From contig NC_086109.1 of NCBI RefSeq assembly GCF_963921235.1, positions 29,700,001 through 29,764,000 of the forward strand: a DNA stretch of 64,000 bases, in the 5' to 3' direction. Shown piece by piece: positions 1 through 10,543 of the stretch. The translations under genes were made by a program, and so were the position numbers. Under the pieces are notes generated by a model. The model made no database searches. It had not been told where the DNA came from and saw only the letters and a list, made by a program, of their open reading frames with translations. Position 1 is the stretch's first letter. Every line of letters begins with the position of its first letter. This DNA is from Mobula hypostoma. Taxonomy: Eukaryota.

Positions 1-481
1 AAGTGACTTCTATTGTCTCAACTAAAAAGCACGTAGGTTCACAGACTAACTACCTGTGTGCACCCCTCTGGAATCCCTGACCCTCCATGGACAGTCAATG
101 AAGTGAAAACTATTACCCTGGAAAGGAGTCTCTGCTGGTCAGGCATTCCTCATCGTCCCGATCTTCACACGTCCGTGGGGTCCTCCTTATCTATGATGCT
201 TGGTCTCTGAATGCTGGAGAGCTTTTGCCCCTGTGTATTTAGAGCTCCTGACTCTTATATCGTTCCTCACTAATTGAACTGGTGGATCTCCAACCCATCG
301 GCTTGAGGTCACCTGACCTACCTGGGCCACCTTCTCACTGGTTCATGTACAGGGGTACAGCCAACATTGTTAAATGGTTCTGTCCACCCCAGCCTTGTGT
401 ATTTGTGTCTTTCAACTCTGACTGCTCCAAACCAGCTAAATGAGGCAACCCAGACGAAGTCTAATGAGATTACACACAGCT

Positions 482-718
482 ACTCATCTGAGAATGGTCT
501 CAGGTTTAGCAGGCCATTACCTGAAATTCCTTGTGTCCACATTGAATTGCTCTGATTAGATTGTCCCGGAGCAAGAATCAGTTCAGAATCCACACTCTTT
601 ACATAACAAGTAGCTAATGTCTGAGAACAGTCTCGGGTTTAGCAGGTCACTACCTGAAGCTTCTTGTGTCCACATTCAATTGCTCTGGTTAGGTTATCCC
701 GGAGCAAGGTTCAATTCA
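482..718 (+). repeat. Diverged ~130-bp tandem duplication (two units); the second unit is interrupted by the Harbinger element
   Basis: tctgagaatggtctcaggtttagcagg...cccggagcaagaatcagttca (about 487-586) matches tctgagaacagtctcgggtttagcagg...cccggagcaaggttcaattca (about 620-718). Unit 2 resumes as gagtccaca at 1771, matching gaatccaca in unit 1. Confidence 0.85.
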
Positions 719-1767
719 GGCTACGTCCACACTACGCCGGATAATTTTGAAAACAAAGCCTTTTCTCTTCGTTTTGATTCTCCGTCCACACTAAAGCGGC
801 GTTTTCATCCCCCGAAAACGGAGATTTTCAGAAACGGTCTCCGGAGTGAATAAATCTGAAAACGCCTAATATTTGTTGTAGTGTGTACAGGGTAAACGGA
901 GAGATTTTAAAACGAAGTCATGACAACACCACAACAACAATGCTTTTTCTGCTTCTGCTTGGTACTGTGCAAGCACTGCCGTGCGGCTGTTATAAAACAC
1001 AGTCGGTGTGAGCGGCATGAGAGTTAAATTTTAAAGTGAGCTTTTTTGACTATTTAAAAATGCTGTCATGACATGCCGGAACAGATGGCCGCAGCGCGGC
1101 ATTTCGTTGTTTTCTTGAACCCAACCCCCCACATAACCGAACAACTTCAGAACAGACGGCAACGAGACTGAAGCCAGAAGAGTTAGAAATGTACTCACCA
1201 AATACTTTGACCCATAGCTTACTGAATAAATAAGTATACTCACTTTGCCCTGTTTTCTGTCCTTGCTTGTATGAAGGTGGTTTATCTATTTATGCAAGTA
1301 CTTCTCTGACAATAGATGTGTAACAGCCTAATGTAACATTGTATGGAAATACAAGATAACACTGATGCAGACGTGTTTTATACATTTAATAAGGTGCTTT
1401 ATTAATGCAACAGAGTTTGTCAGTTTTTCAATGTTCGTCGTCAGCCGGGTCATACTGTCCGTGAACTCCTTGTCGGTTGCCTCCATATGCTCCAGTATTT
1501 GTTTTTTTTTAGCTTTAAGTCCTCCTGCGCAAAAGCCAAGAGCAATTCCTTTGAAGTTTTTCTACTCTGTAACTGGGCAAACACGCACTAAGTATACCGT
1601 TTCCTCTTCGCTTGTTTTCTGTGTGTCCTGCGCGTGCCCAGGAGATTCGCCCAAATATCCGTGTTAGTGTAGACAGAGATATTTTGAAAAACGTTTAGTG
1701 TGTACGCCTGTCGTTTTTACTTGAAACCAGCATTTTCAAAATTATCCAGCGTAGTAAGGACGTAGCC
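719..1767. mobile_element. Non-autonomous PIF/Harbinger-type DNA transposon
   Basis: ~35-bp terminal inverted repeats GGCTACGTCCACACTACGCCGGATAATTTTGAAAA / TTTTCAAAATTATCCAGCGTAGTAAGGACGTAGCC; 3-bp TSD TCA at 716-718 and 1768-1770; CpG-rich; no transposase ORF. Confidence 0.9.
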
Positions 1768-2229
1768 TCAGAGTCCACAAGATGGGGTGGGGGGAGAACA
1801 AGGATAACTGGTTTGTCTGCTTCCCCTGTCGTTGATTCATCAAAACCACTAATTGGGTACTGTAGTTTTTTTCCGGGCAACAACATGTCCACATGTTGAA
1901 AAGACTATCATGTATCCCTTCCCACATGTTTTCCCTCAGCTCCGTGCACTTCATTAAAGAGATTCACGCTGGCTACTGTGTGGAGAGCTCTTTCATGGCT
2001 GCCACCCTTCCCAATGATCACCTTAGCAATCATGTGATAGATTGAGGCTTTTCATACAGTTCTCCTTTGTAAACTCACAGATTTCATTTTAGCACACTTT
2101 TGTGGATGTGAACAACCATTTTTAATGTATTTTTTGGCAAATGTTACTATTTTTGTAAGAAACCTTATTGTGTTCTCATTTAAACAGCAAATGTTTAGTG
2201 CACTAAAAACAAAAAGAATCAAGTTTCTT

Positions 2230-2460
2230 GCAATACACATCAAAGTTGCTGGTGAACGCAGCAGGCCAGGCAGCATCTGTAGGAAGAGGTGCAGTCGACG
2301 TTTCAGGCCGAGACCCTTCGTCAGGACCGTCCTGACGAAGGGTCTCGGCCTGAAACGTCGACTGCACCTCTTCCTACAGATGCTGCCTGGCCTGCTGCAT
2401 TCACCAGCAACTTTGATGTGTGTTGCTTGAATTTCCAGCATCTGCAGAATTCCTGTTGTT
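2230..2460 (+). mobile_element. Palindromic Penelope-like terminal-repeat insertion
   Basis: Near-perfect inverted repeat 2230-2426 centred at 2328, plus a ~34-nt unpaired 3' tail. Flanked by the direct repeat tcaagtttcttgcaa. Same sequence as the terminal repeat downstream of GIY-YIG fragments at 13110-14364. Confidence 0.88.
2329..2362 (+). ncRNA. Minimal type I hammerhead ribozyme motif (mirror copy on the minus strand at 2294-2327)
   Basis: GUC-CUGACGA-AGG(GUCUCGG)CCU-GAAA-CGUC/GAC: conserved core CUGANGA and GAAA, stem II AGG/CCU, loopless palindromic stem III ACGU, GUC cleavage triplet, stem I GUC/GAC. Confidence 0.75.
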
Positions 2461-2837
2461 CAAGTTTCTTGCAAGTCAAGTTCTATATCATGTGACTAGC
2501 TGTATTATCTGGTGAATTATGAAGTCTTTATCAGAAACCCTGGACAATTATGAGAGCAACATAGACTGAAATCAGAGAATGACTGAAGCACAGAAGGAGC
2601 CATTTACCTCATCATATCCATGCTGGTTCTCAAATGGAGCAACTCACTAGTTCTATCTCCTGATCCCTTCTCCCTTGTCTTGACAGAACAATGAAATGGT
2701 TAGAAAACGGAAAGGTGTTAAAGTATAAAATCAGAATCCGGTTTAATATCACAGGCATATGTTGTGAAATTTGTCTTTATGGGAGCAGTACAATGCAATA
2801 TATAATAATAGAGAAAAGACTGTGGATTACAGTAAAT

Positions 2838-3405
2838 GTTGTTGTTCGTCCATCGATGACGTCGATGAGGACCTCGACACCATAATGATGGTGTCGAGAC
2901 TAGCGCGTGCTTTGGATTTAAGTGAGGGAGAGTTGCGCAGCGTCAGCCTCACTCTCTCTTCCCAATTCCCATCTGGGTCCAGTGGCAAGACAGAGTCTAG
3001 ACGGCTGGAGATGGGACTAGGCGCAGTGGATGACCAGGACATCTTCTGTGTCTTGTCCTGCTCTACCCATTCCACGACGCTTGCAGAGACCACCTTCTTG
3101 AACGTTGGACCTTCCATTGGTCTCATCTGCTCAATCCGCCGGAGTCTGTCTTCACATGCTGGGATAGACAACTCCCTATCTCACCGAGGGTTTGAGACCC
3201 GTCGGCTACCCTCACCTGGTTTAGCCGGCTTGTCGAAGCCATTGCCCGGGGTGTGGCCGCTGTCGCATGCAAACAGCTACGGGGAGCCACAGGTGAGAGC
3301 TGAGTGCCAGGTGGGGACCAAAGGTGGACTAACCGCCTTGAAAGGACGCGACATGTTCCCCCACCAGAGGTGCTACCCCTCCCTGACACCCCATATACCC
3401 CAAGT
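2838..3405 (-). mobile_element. Non-autonomous retroposon, probably RTE-derived (5' UTR plus 3' tail)
   Basis: Perfect 12-bp TSD attacagtaaat (2826-2837, 3406-3417); (AAC)n tail on the minus strand; 3' hairpins at 2873-2898 and 2851-2867; CpG-rich; no RT ORF. The RTE assignment is by resemblance only. Confidence 0.75.
3209..3392 (-). ncRNA. Candidate HDV-like self-cleaving ribozyme
   Basis: Hand fold on the minus strand: P1 GGGGUGU/ACACCCC, P2 CUCUCACCUG/CAGGUGAGGG, P3 GGC, L3 UCCCCG, GG after P1, P4 GGCU(UCGACA)AGCC, J4/2 CUAAAC. Confidence 0.55.
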
Positions 3406-3500
3406 ATTACAGTAAATATATATGTATTAATTAGTTAAATTCAGTAAATAGTGCAAAAATAAGAAAAAAGTAGTGAGGTAGTGTTCATGGATTCAATGTT

Positions 3501-4062
3501 TTTTTTACCAAAATATACTTTATTCAAAAATAAAATTATGTACAATAAACTATTAAATGTCCGTCAATCCTTTAGGATGTTTCCATTACGGACTATACAT
3601 TTCCACACCCACGTGGCACTCCAGTTGTTCACCTTACCACATCATTGTTGAGGGGTATACTCCCTGCCACCGACCCCTCCCACTCCCACGGGAGAAGAAC
3701 CCTAAACCGTGGTCCTTCCCCACCGGGCCCTTGCGGTGGCTGCACCATGTTTCAGTGCGTCCCTCAGCACGTACTCCTGCAGCCGAGAATGTGCCAGTTG
3801 GCAGCATTCTCCCACGGACATCTCCGTGTGCTGGTAGATCATCAAGTTTCGGGCCAACCAAAGAGCATCTTTCACCAAGTTGATGATCTGCCAGCAGCAC
3901 CGGACGTTGGTCTCCGCGTGCGTCCCCGGGAACAGCCCGAATATCAGAGAGTCCTCTGTTACGCAGCTGCTGGGGATGAAACGTGACACTAGCCCGTCCA
4001 TCCTCCTCCACACCTTCTCTGTGAACTCGCAGTGTGCAAAGAGGTGGGTCACTGATTCCTCC
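3501..4062 (-). mobile_element. 5'-truncated L1/Tx1-clade LINE (ORF2 C-terminus, 3' UTR, poly-A)
   Basis: ORF 3702-4052 THLFAHCEFTEKVW... resembles the C-terminal Cys/His region of L1/Tx1 ORF2. AATAAA and an A-tail lie on the minus strand near 3501-3524. 16-bp TSD tcatggattc(a/c)atgtt at 3485-3500 and 4063-4078. Confidence 0.85.
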
Positions 4063-5111
4063 TCATGGATTCCATGTTGATTCAGAAATTAGATGGCAGG
4101 GGAGAAGAAGTTGTTCCTGAATCATTGAGTGTGTGCCCTTCAGCCTTCTGTACCTCCTTCCTCATGGTAGTGATGAGAAGAGGACTCATCCAAAGTGATG
4201 GAGGTCGTTAAAGACAGATGCCACTTTGTTGAGGCAACTATCCTTGAAAAAGTCCTGGATACTATCAAGGCAAGTGCCCGTGATATAGCTGACTGCTTAC
4301 AACTCTCTGCAGCTTATTTAAATCAATAAGAAATGATATTTCTGATTCGATATGTGACTACAGAAAGGTCAATGGAGTAGATGGCATTTGTAATGATGCA
4401 TCTGTGTTCATGTTTCAACCCACTTCCTCACAACGCTGGAATTCCTTTTCAGTCCACAGAACAGTGTAAAAATCTCTCCCTGAGCCAAGGCCATAATTCT
4501 TTTGCTAATGCGTGTTGGAATAATCATTAGGAGAACAATTTTCATTATTTCAGTGTGTTCAGGAAGTTTGGGAACGTGGTAGTGTTATAGGGGAGACACA
4601 AGAAACTGCAGATGTTGGAATCTGGAGCAACAAATAATCTCCTGGAGGAACTCGGCAGGCTACGTAGCATCTGTGGGGGAAAGGAAGTGCTGTCATTTAG
4701 GGTCAAAACTTTGCATCAGGACTGCAACCATTTGTGTGGCAGTATTATTACGTTACTTGCAAAAATTAAACATATGATGTTACATCTTATATGTGCCATG
4801 GCGGCATAGTATTATTTCACGACACTATTGCAGCTCAGGGCGTCAGAGTTCAGAGTTCAAGTCCAGCGCCATTCTGTAAAGAGTCTCTGTACGCCCTCCG
4901 GTTACCTCTTACAGTCCAAAGACATGCCAGCTAGTTTCATTGGTCATTGTAAATTTTCTTGTGATTATGTTGGGGTTAATTGGGGTTGTTGAGGTTTCTG
5001 GGGCAGCATGACGTAAAGGGCCTAAAGGGCCTACTTGGCGCTGTATCACTAAATAAATAAAAAATATATAGCTTTGACAATGATAGGGAAGCATACAGGG
5101 TGGGGCATGGT

Positions 5112-5340
5112 ACATAAGAAATAGGAGCAGGAGTAGGCCATCTGGCCTGTCGATCCTACTCCGCCATTCAAAAAGGTCATGGTCGATCTAACCACGGACT
5201 CATCTCCACCTACCTGCCTTTTCCCCATATCCCGTAATTCCTCTCTTGTGCAAAAATCTATCCAATCTTGTCTTAAATATACTTACCGAGGTAGCCTCCA
5301 CTGCTCCATTGGGCCGAGAATTCCACAGATTCACACTCTT
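5112..5340 (-). mobile_element. CR1 LINE 3' end fragment
   Basis: acataagaaataggagcaggagtaggccat tail and ORF2 end resemble 30916-31160. Confidence 0.75.
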
Positions 5341-5374
5341 TGGTAGTGCCAGAAGTAAGAAAGGATACAATTCT

Positions 5375-5490
5375 GCCACGGTCTGTCAGCTTGTCCCCGC
5401 TCCCCGTGACTGCGTGGGTTTCCTCTGGGTGCTCCAGTTTCCTCCCACAGTCCAAAGACATATGAGTTAGGGTTAGTAAGTTGTGCGCAT
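5375..5490 (+). mobile_element. V-core SINE fragment (HE1-like); related pieces near 4830-5055 and 46430-46720
   Basis: gtgggtttcctctgggtgctccagtttcctcccacagtccaaagac core. Confidence 0.7.
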
Positions 5491-6112
5491 ACTATGCTGA
5501 CATTGAAAGTAGGGCGAACCATGCGGTCTGTTCCCACCATGTTCTCAACTCAAACAATGCACTTCACTGTATGTTTCAATGTACATGTGATAAATAAAGC
5601 TAATCTTATACTTATCAATATTATCTTTGTAATCCTTCCAGTGTTTCCTTCCTTTCAATGTCATTTTGCAGCTAACTATCATTACCTTCTTGAAAGGGCA
5701 GGTGGTCTGCGCCCTATGAAGAAAGAATGGCATAGTTCCACAAAACATATCATAGGACACTCCCTTTAAAATGTAATATCTGCAGTAGACATCGTAGTAG
5801 AAAGATGCAACAGAGCATTAATTGTGTATACTCTTCACTTCTTAGTGTTCTCTTTTACATGTCGTCATCTTCAACACTGATTCATTTTGAATTAACTAAT
5901 GATGACAGGCAGTGAGAGTGTCAACGTAAGTGAACAACCCTCTCTAAGTCATCCTCTCTAAGTAGCCTGTTATAGATGCATCAGTGCATGAGAGAAATGG
6001 CGTAAGTGAGCATTATTGTGGTGATAATACCCCCCGTTCATTCTAAACGAGCTCTCATGTGATGTACAGCATACCACCACCTTGGTAAATAGGATCTGGC
6101 TCACGGTGGCAC

Positions 6113-6890
6113 ATAGAATGCACATAGAAACATAGAAAACCTACAGCACAATACAGGCCCTTTGGCTCACAAAGCTGTGCCAAACGTCCCTACCTTAGAA
6201 ATTACCTAGGGTACCCATAACCCTCTATTTTTCTCCGCTCCATGTACCTGCCCTATTGTATCCACCTCCACCACCGTCGCCGGCAGCCCATTCCATGCAC
6301 TCGCCACTCTCTGCGTAAAGAACTTACCCCTGACATCTCCAACGAACCTACTCCCAAGCATCTTAAAACTGTGCCCTCTTGTGTTAGCCATTTCAGCCCT
6401 GGGAAAAAGCCTCTGATTATCCACATGATCAACACCTCTCATCATCTTAGACACCTCGATCACGTCACCTTTCATCCTCCATCGCTCCAAGGAAAACAGG
6501 CTGAGTTCACTTAACCTATTCTCATAAGACATGCTCCCCAATCCAGGCAACATCCTTGTAAATCTCTTGTGCATCCTTTGTATGGTTTCCACATCCTTCC
6601 TGTAGTGAGGTGACGAAAACTGAGCACAGTACTCCAAGTGAGGTCAGACCAGGGTCCAATATAGATGCAACATTACCTCTTGGCTCTTAAACTCAATCCC
6701 ACGATTGATGAAGGCCAATACACCGTATGCCTTCTTAACCACCGAGTCAACCTGCGCAGAAGCTTTGAGTGTCCTATGGGCTCGGACCCCAAGATCCCTC
6801 TGATCCTCCACACTGCCAAGAGTCTTACCATTAATACTATGTTCTGCCACCATACTTGACCTACCTGAATGAACCACCTCACACTTTGTA
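6113..6890 (-). mobile_element. 5'-truncated CR1 LINE (RT C-terminus and tail)
   Basis: ORFs 6644-6973 and 6206-6637 (RDLGV, EYCAQFSSP, RGHSFK, FFTQRV); (atagaaac)n tail at 6113-6140. Confidence 0.92.
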
Positions 6891-6959
6891 GCTTTGCAGA
6901 AGGTTGTTCTGGATTGGAGATTCCTACTGTACCTAAAGTTGAGGTGCAACCTGATGATT

Positions 6960-7380
6960 TGTTCACCTCTCACCTCCTCACCTGCCGATCACCTTTCTCT
7001 GGTGCCCCTCCTCCTTCCCTTTTATCGGTGGTCTAGTGTCTTCTCCTATCAGATTCCTTCTTCTACAGCCCTTTACCGCTGCCACCTGTGAACTCCCAGC
7101 TTCTTATTTTCTCCACCCTCTCCAACCCACCAACCTTCCCCTCACCTAGTTTCACCTATCATCTGCCAGAATGTGTTCCTACTCCTCCTCTGCCTCCCCC
7201 CTCCTCCACACCTTCCTACTCTGACTCCCTTCTCCTTCACTTTCCAGTCCTGAGAAAGGTCTCAGCCCAAAACATCAACTGCTTATTCCCCCCCCATAGA
7301 TGCTGCCTGACTTGCCGAGATCCTCCAGAATTTTCTGTGTGCTGCTCAAGATGTACAGCATCTGCAGCATCTCTTATGTC
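6960..7380 (+). mobile_element. Older Penelope-like terminal repeat
   Basis: Pyrimidine-rich body, then cagtcctgagaaaggtctcagcccaaaacatcaactg (decayed hammerhead) and atagatgctgcctgac. Confidence 0.7.
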
Positions 7381-7394
7381 GATGTTACAGTGAA

Positions 7395-8640
7395 GAATCA
7401 GAATCAGGTTTAGCATCACAGGCATATGTCATGAATATATTTGACTTGCGGCAGCAGTACTTCGCAATACGTAATCACTAAAAACTATAAATTACAATTA
7501 GTATAAGAAGTATATATAAAAATTAATTTAAATAAGTAGCGCAAAAAGAGAAGAAGGGTAGTGAGGCAGTGTACATGAGTTCATTGTCCATTCAGAAATC
7601 TGATGGCAGGGGTGAAGAAGCTGTTCCTGAAATGTTGAGTGTTTGGCTTCAAACTCCAGTACCTCCTCCTTGATGGCAGTGAAACACTCTAGTTTCCTCG
7701 GCTGCGTAAGTCTGGGGTAGACAATCTCCGGCCCCACTAAACGCGTGAGATTGAGGTGTGAGCCCACCACAAGACCCCCCGTTTGTGTGGATGCTGTGTA
7801 ATTTGTTACCCCGTTACAAATGAGTGCCACAGAGTAACAGACAGTACTCCGCATACAATTAAAAGATTTAGCCTTATAACTCTTAATTTGACTTAAGAGT
7901 TAGTAAAGAAAGAACAGAAAGAAAGAAAAAGGTCCATTTTAATTAAATAGTCTAATGTGGACAAGCTGGAGCTCATGGTTTCCCCGTCACCAATCCTCCA
8001 TCGATCACCCTGGGCTTCATCGAGTCATGGTCCCACTTCGGTCTTCGTCAAGTCATGGCCCCACTCTGGGTCGAATCCTACGACCTCTTCTCTCCGACGG
8101 CTTCTCTCTTCATCTCTCTCTAACAAAAGTCCCAAGCCCAACCTTAGTGTCCCTCAGCAGAAAAACCTCCCATTAATCTGACCATCCTAATTGAATGGCA
8201 CTCAATTCTCCTATCTCTTATCTTCAACAATAACCCAAACATAAGCTTAAAACAAGCAGCTCGCACAGAACAGCACAAAGTGAAATGCAGATCAGCAAAA
8301 GAGTAAAAATATGAACCAGGGCATTACAGTAGCAATGAGCGGAGGCCATGTCCTGGGTGACGGGTGTCCGTAATGATGGATGCCTCCTTCTTTTCAGGTA
8401 TCGCCTTTAGAAGGTGTCTTTGATGCTGGTGAGTCTAGTGCCTGTGATGGATCTGGCTGAGTTTACAACTTTCTGTGGCTTTTTTCCAATCCTGTTCGGT
8501 GGCCCTCCTCTCCCCATACCAGATGGTGATGCAACCAGTTAGAATGTTCTCCGCGGTATATCTGTAGAAATTTGGGAGTGGCTTTGGTGACATGCCAAGT
8601 TACTTCAAGCTCCGAATGAAATCTATCCGCTGTCGTGTCA
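7395..8640 (-). mobile_element. Rex1/Babar-type LINE 3' portion interrupted by a solo LTR
   Basis: agaatcagaatcagg tail; homologous to 2725-4320 and to the plus-strand copy at 8920-9378. Confidence 0.65.
7680..8328. mobile_element. Solo LTR (649 bp)
   Basis: TG...CA termini (TGAAAC...ATTACA); 4-bp TSD gcag/gtag; splits the host motif tgatggtagcaatgag, which is intact at about 62630-62645. Confidence 0.75.
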
Positions 8641-8919
8641 TGTCATGTCAACGTGTGCAGCCTAGCAATCACACGGCTAAACAACTAGAACAAAACTCCA
8701 CACTCCTCCCACAAATGGTGGTGAACAATTAAGTAATTAAGACACTTTGGAGGCTCCATAGGAATATAACTAAGTACATCCTGGTGGAGACCAACACATA
8801 AGTTCAAAAGGCAAGATTAACAGATGTCAATCTTCAAACAGATCCATTCTCTTCACTCCACAGCATGAAAATGTAAAGATTATGAGGCTGACAAAACCTT
8901 TACTTTCTCTGGAAGAGTG

Positions 8920-9378
8920 CTGCCATCTTCGAGGACCCCCACCATCCAGGCCATGCTCTCTTTCTTTGCTGCTGCCATCGGGAAGAAGATGCAGGAGCCT
9001 TAGGTGCCACACCATCCAGTTCAGAAACAGTTATTACCCTTCAACCATCAGGCTCCTGAACCAACATGGATATCACTAGCCCAAAACTGAACTGGTTGCA
9101 CTACCCATGGACTCATTTTCAAGGACTCTATAACTCATGGTCTCAGCATTTATTTACTTACTAATTTATTGGTTGATAGATTGATTGATTGTTTTTTTTA
9201 TTTGCACAGTTTGCCTTCATTTGCACATTGGTTGTTTGCTAGTCTTTCTGTGTAATTTTTAATTGAGTTTATTATAATTCTTTGTTCTGCTGTGAATGCC
9301 TGTAAGATATGAATCTCTGGGTAGTATATTGTGATATATATGTATTTTATTAAGAAATTTCCTTTGAACTTTGAACTA
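8920..9378 (+). mobile_element. Rex1/Babar-type LINE 3' end
   Basis: Encodes LLPSGRRCRSLRCHTIQFRNSYYPSTIRLLN, a typical Rex1 C-terminus; (ttgaact)n tail. Confidence 0.8.
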
Positions 9379-10059
9379 TAGTACTGAAGACTTGTGCTCT
9401 AAACCAGTTATATCTCTAGCTAAGTAGTTGTGGCATAGCTGTTAGACTGAATCTCACCTAAATAGAAAAGTGCCCAGTGAAGTACTAATCACATAAAATT
9501 GGACAAATCCATCCTGGCTGATTGCCAAACCATCAGTATGTTGCCATATATTGCAATTTGTTGGAAGATGCCATTGACAGTGCTACCTTAAGGTAAGGTG
9601 GTAACTCATCAATGAAATCTCCAGCAGTATTCAGTTTGGGTTTCGCTAAAGCTACAGCCTTTGACCTCAACATGGACAGAAAGGAAGATATCAATAAAAT
9701 TGAAAGAAATCGTGAGGGGCAACTTCTCTCAGAGGGTGGTGGAGTGTGGAATGAGCTACCAGCAGAAGTGCTGGATGTGGATTTGATTTCAACATTTTAG
9801 AGAAGTTTGGATAAGCACAGGGTTGGGAGGATTATGGAGGGCTATGGTCCTGGTTCAGGGTGATGGAACGAGGGAGAATCATAGTTCAGCATTGACCATC
9901 TGGGCTGAAGGGGCTGTTTCTGTGCTGTAGTGTTCTGTGACAATGACTCTAAAACAGATGGTTTGCAGAGGCGAGGTGACAGACTGCCTTTGACATTGAA
10001 TCAACACTTGACTGCATGTGGCATGATAAAACTCAATCAAATTGATGGAATCAGAGGGG

Positions 10060-10543
10060 AATCATGCCTCCAGCCTGATGGCATGAACATTGACCTCTAA
10101 CTTCTGCTAATGCCCCACCTCCCCATTTTACCCCATCCGTTATTTATTTATATACACACATTCTTTCTCTCTCTCTCTCTCCTTTTTCTCCCTCTGACTA
10201 TACCCCTTGCCCATCCTCTGGGTTTTTTCCCCACCTCCCCCTTTTCCTTCCCCCTGGGCCTCCTGTCCCATGATCTTCTCATATCCCTTTTGCCAATCAC
10301 CTGTCCAGCTCTTGGCTCCATCCCTCCTCCTCCTGTCTTCTCCTATCATTTCGGATCTCCCCCGCACCCTCCCGCTTTCAAATCTCTTACTAGCTCTTCT
10401 TTCAGTTAGTCCTGACAAAGGGTCTCGGCCCAAGACGTCGACTGTACCTCTTCCTAGAGATGCTGCCTGGCCTGTTGTGTTCACCAGCAACTTTGATGTG
10501 TGTTGCTTGAATTTCCTGCATCTGCAGAATTCCTCCTGTTTAC
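10060..10543 (+). mobile_element. 5'-truncated Penelope-like insertion (terminal repeat)
   Basis: Near-identical to 13875-14364; 12-bp TSD gaatcagagggg at 10048-10059 and 10544-10555. Confidence 0.88.

Larger units (their letters stand above)
2725..4320 (-). mobile_element. Rex1/Babar-type LINE 3' end hosting two nested insertions
   Basis: aatcagaatc tail and 3' region shared with copies at 7395-8640 and about 62500-62770; interrupted at 2838-3405 and 3501-4062. Confidence 0.65.

Noticed and set aside
2052..2441. Mirror ORFs on both strands (129 and 101 aa) sharing a peptide
   Set aside because: Artefact of the palindrome; no protein motif.
2771..3415. 214-aa plus-strand ORF
   Set aside because: Crosses the boundary of a GC-rich retroposon on its antisense strand and has no recognisable domain.
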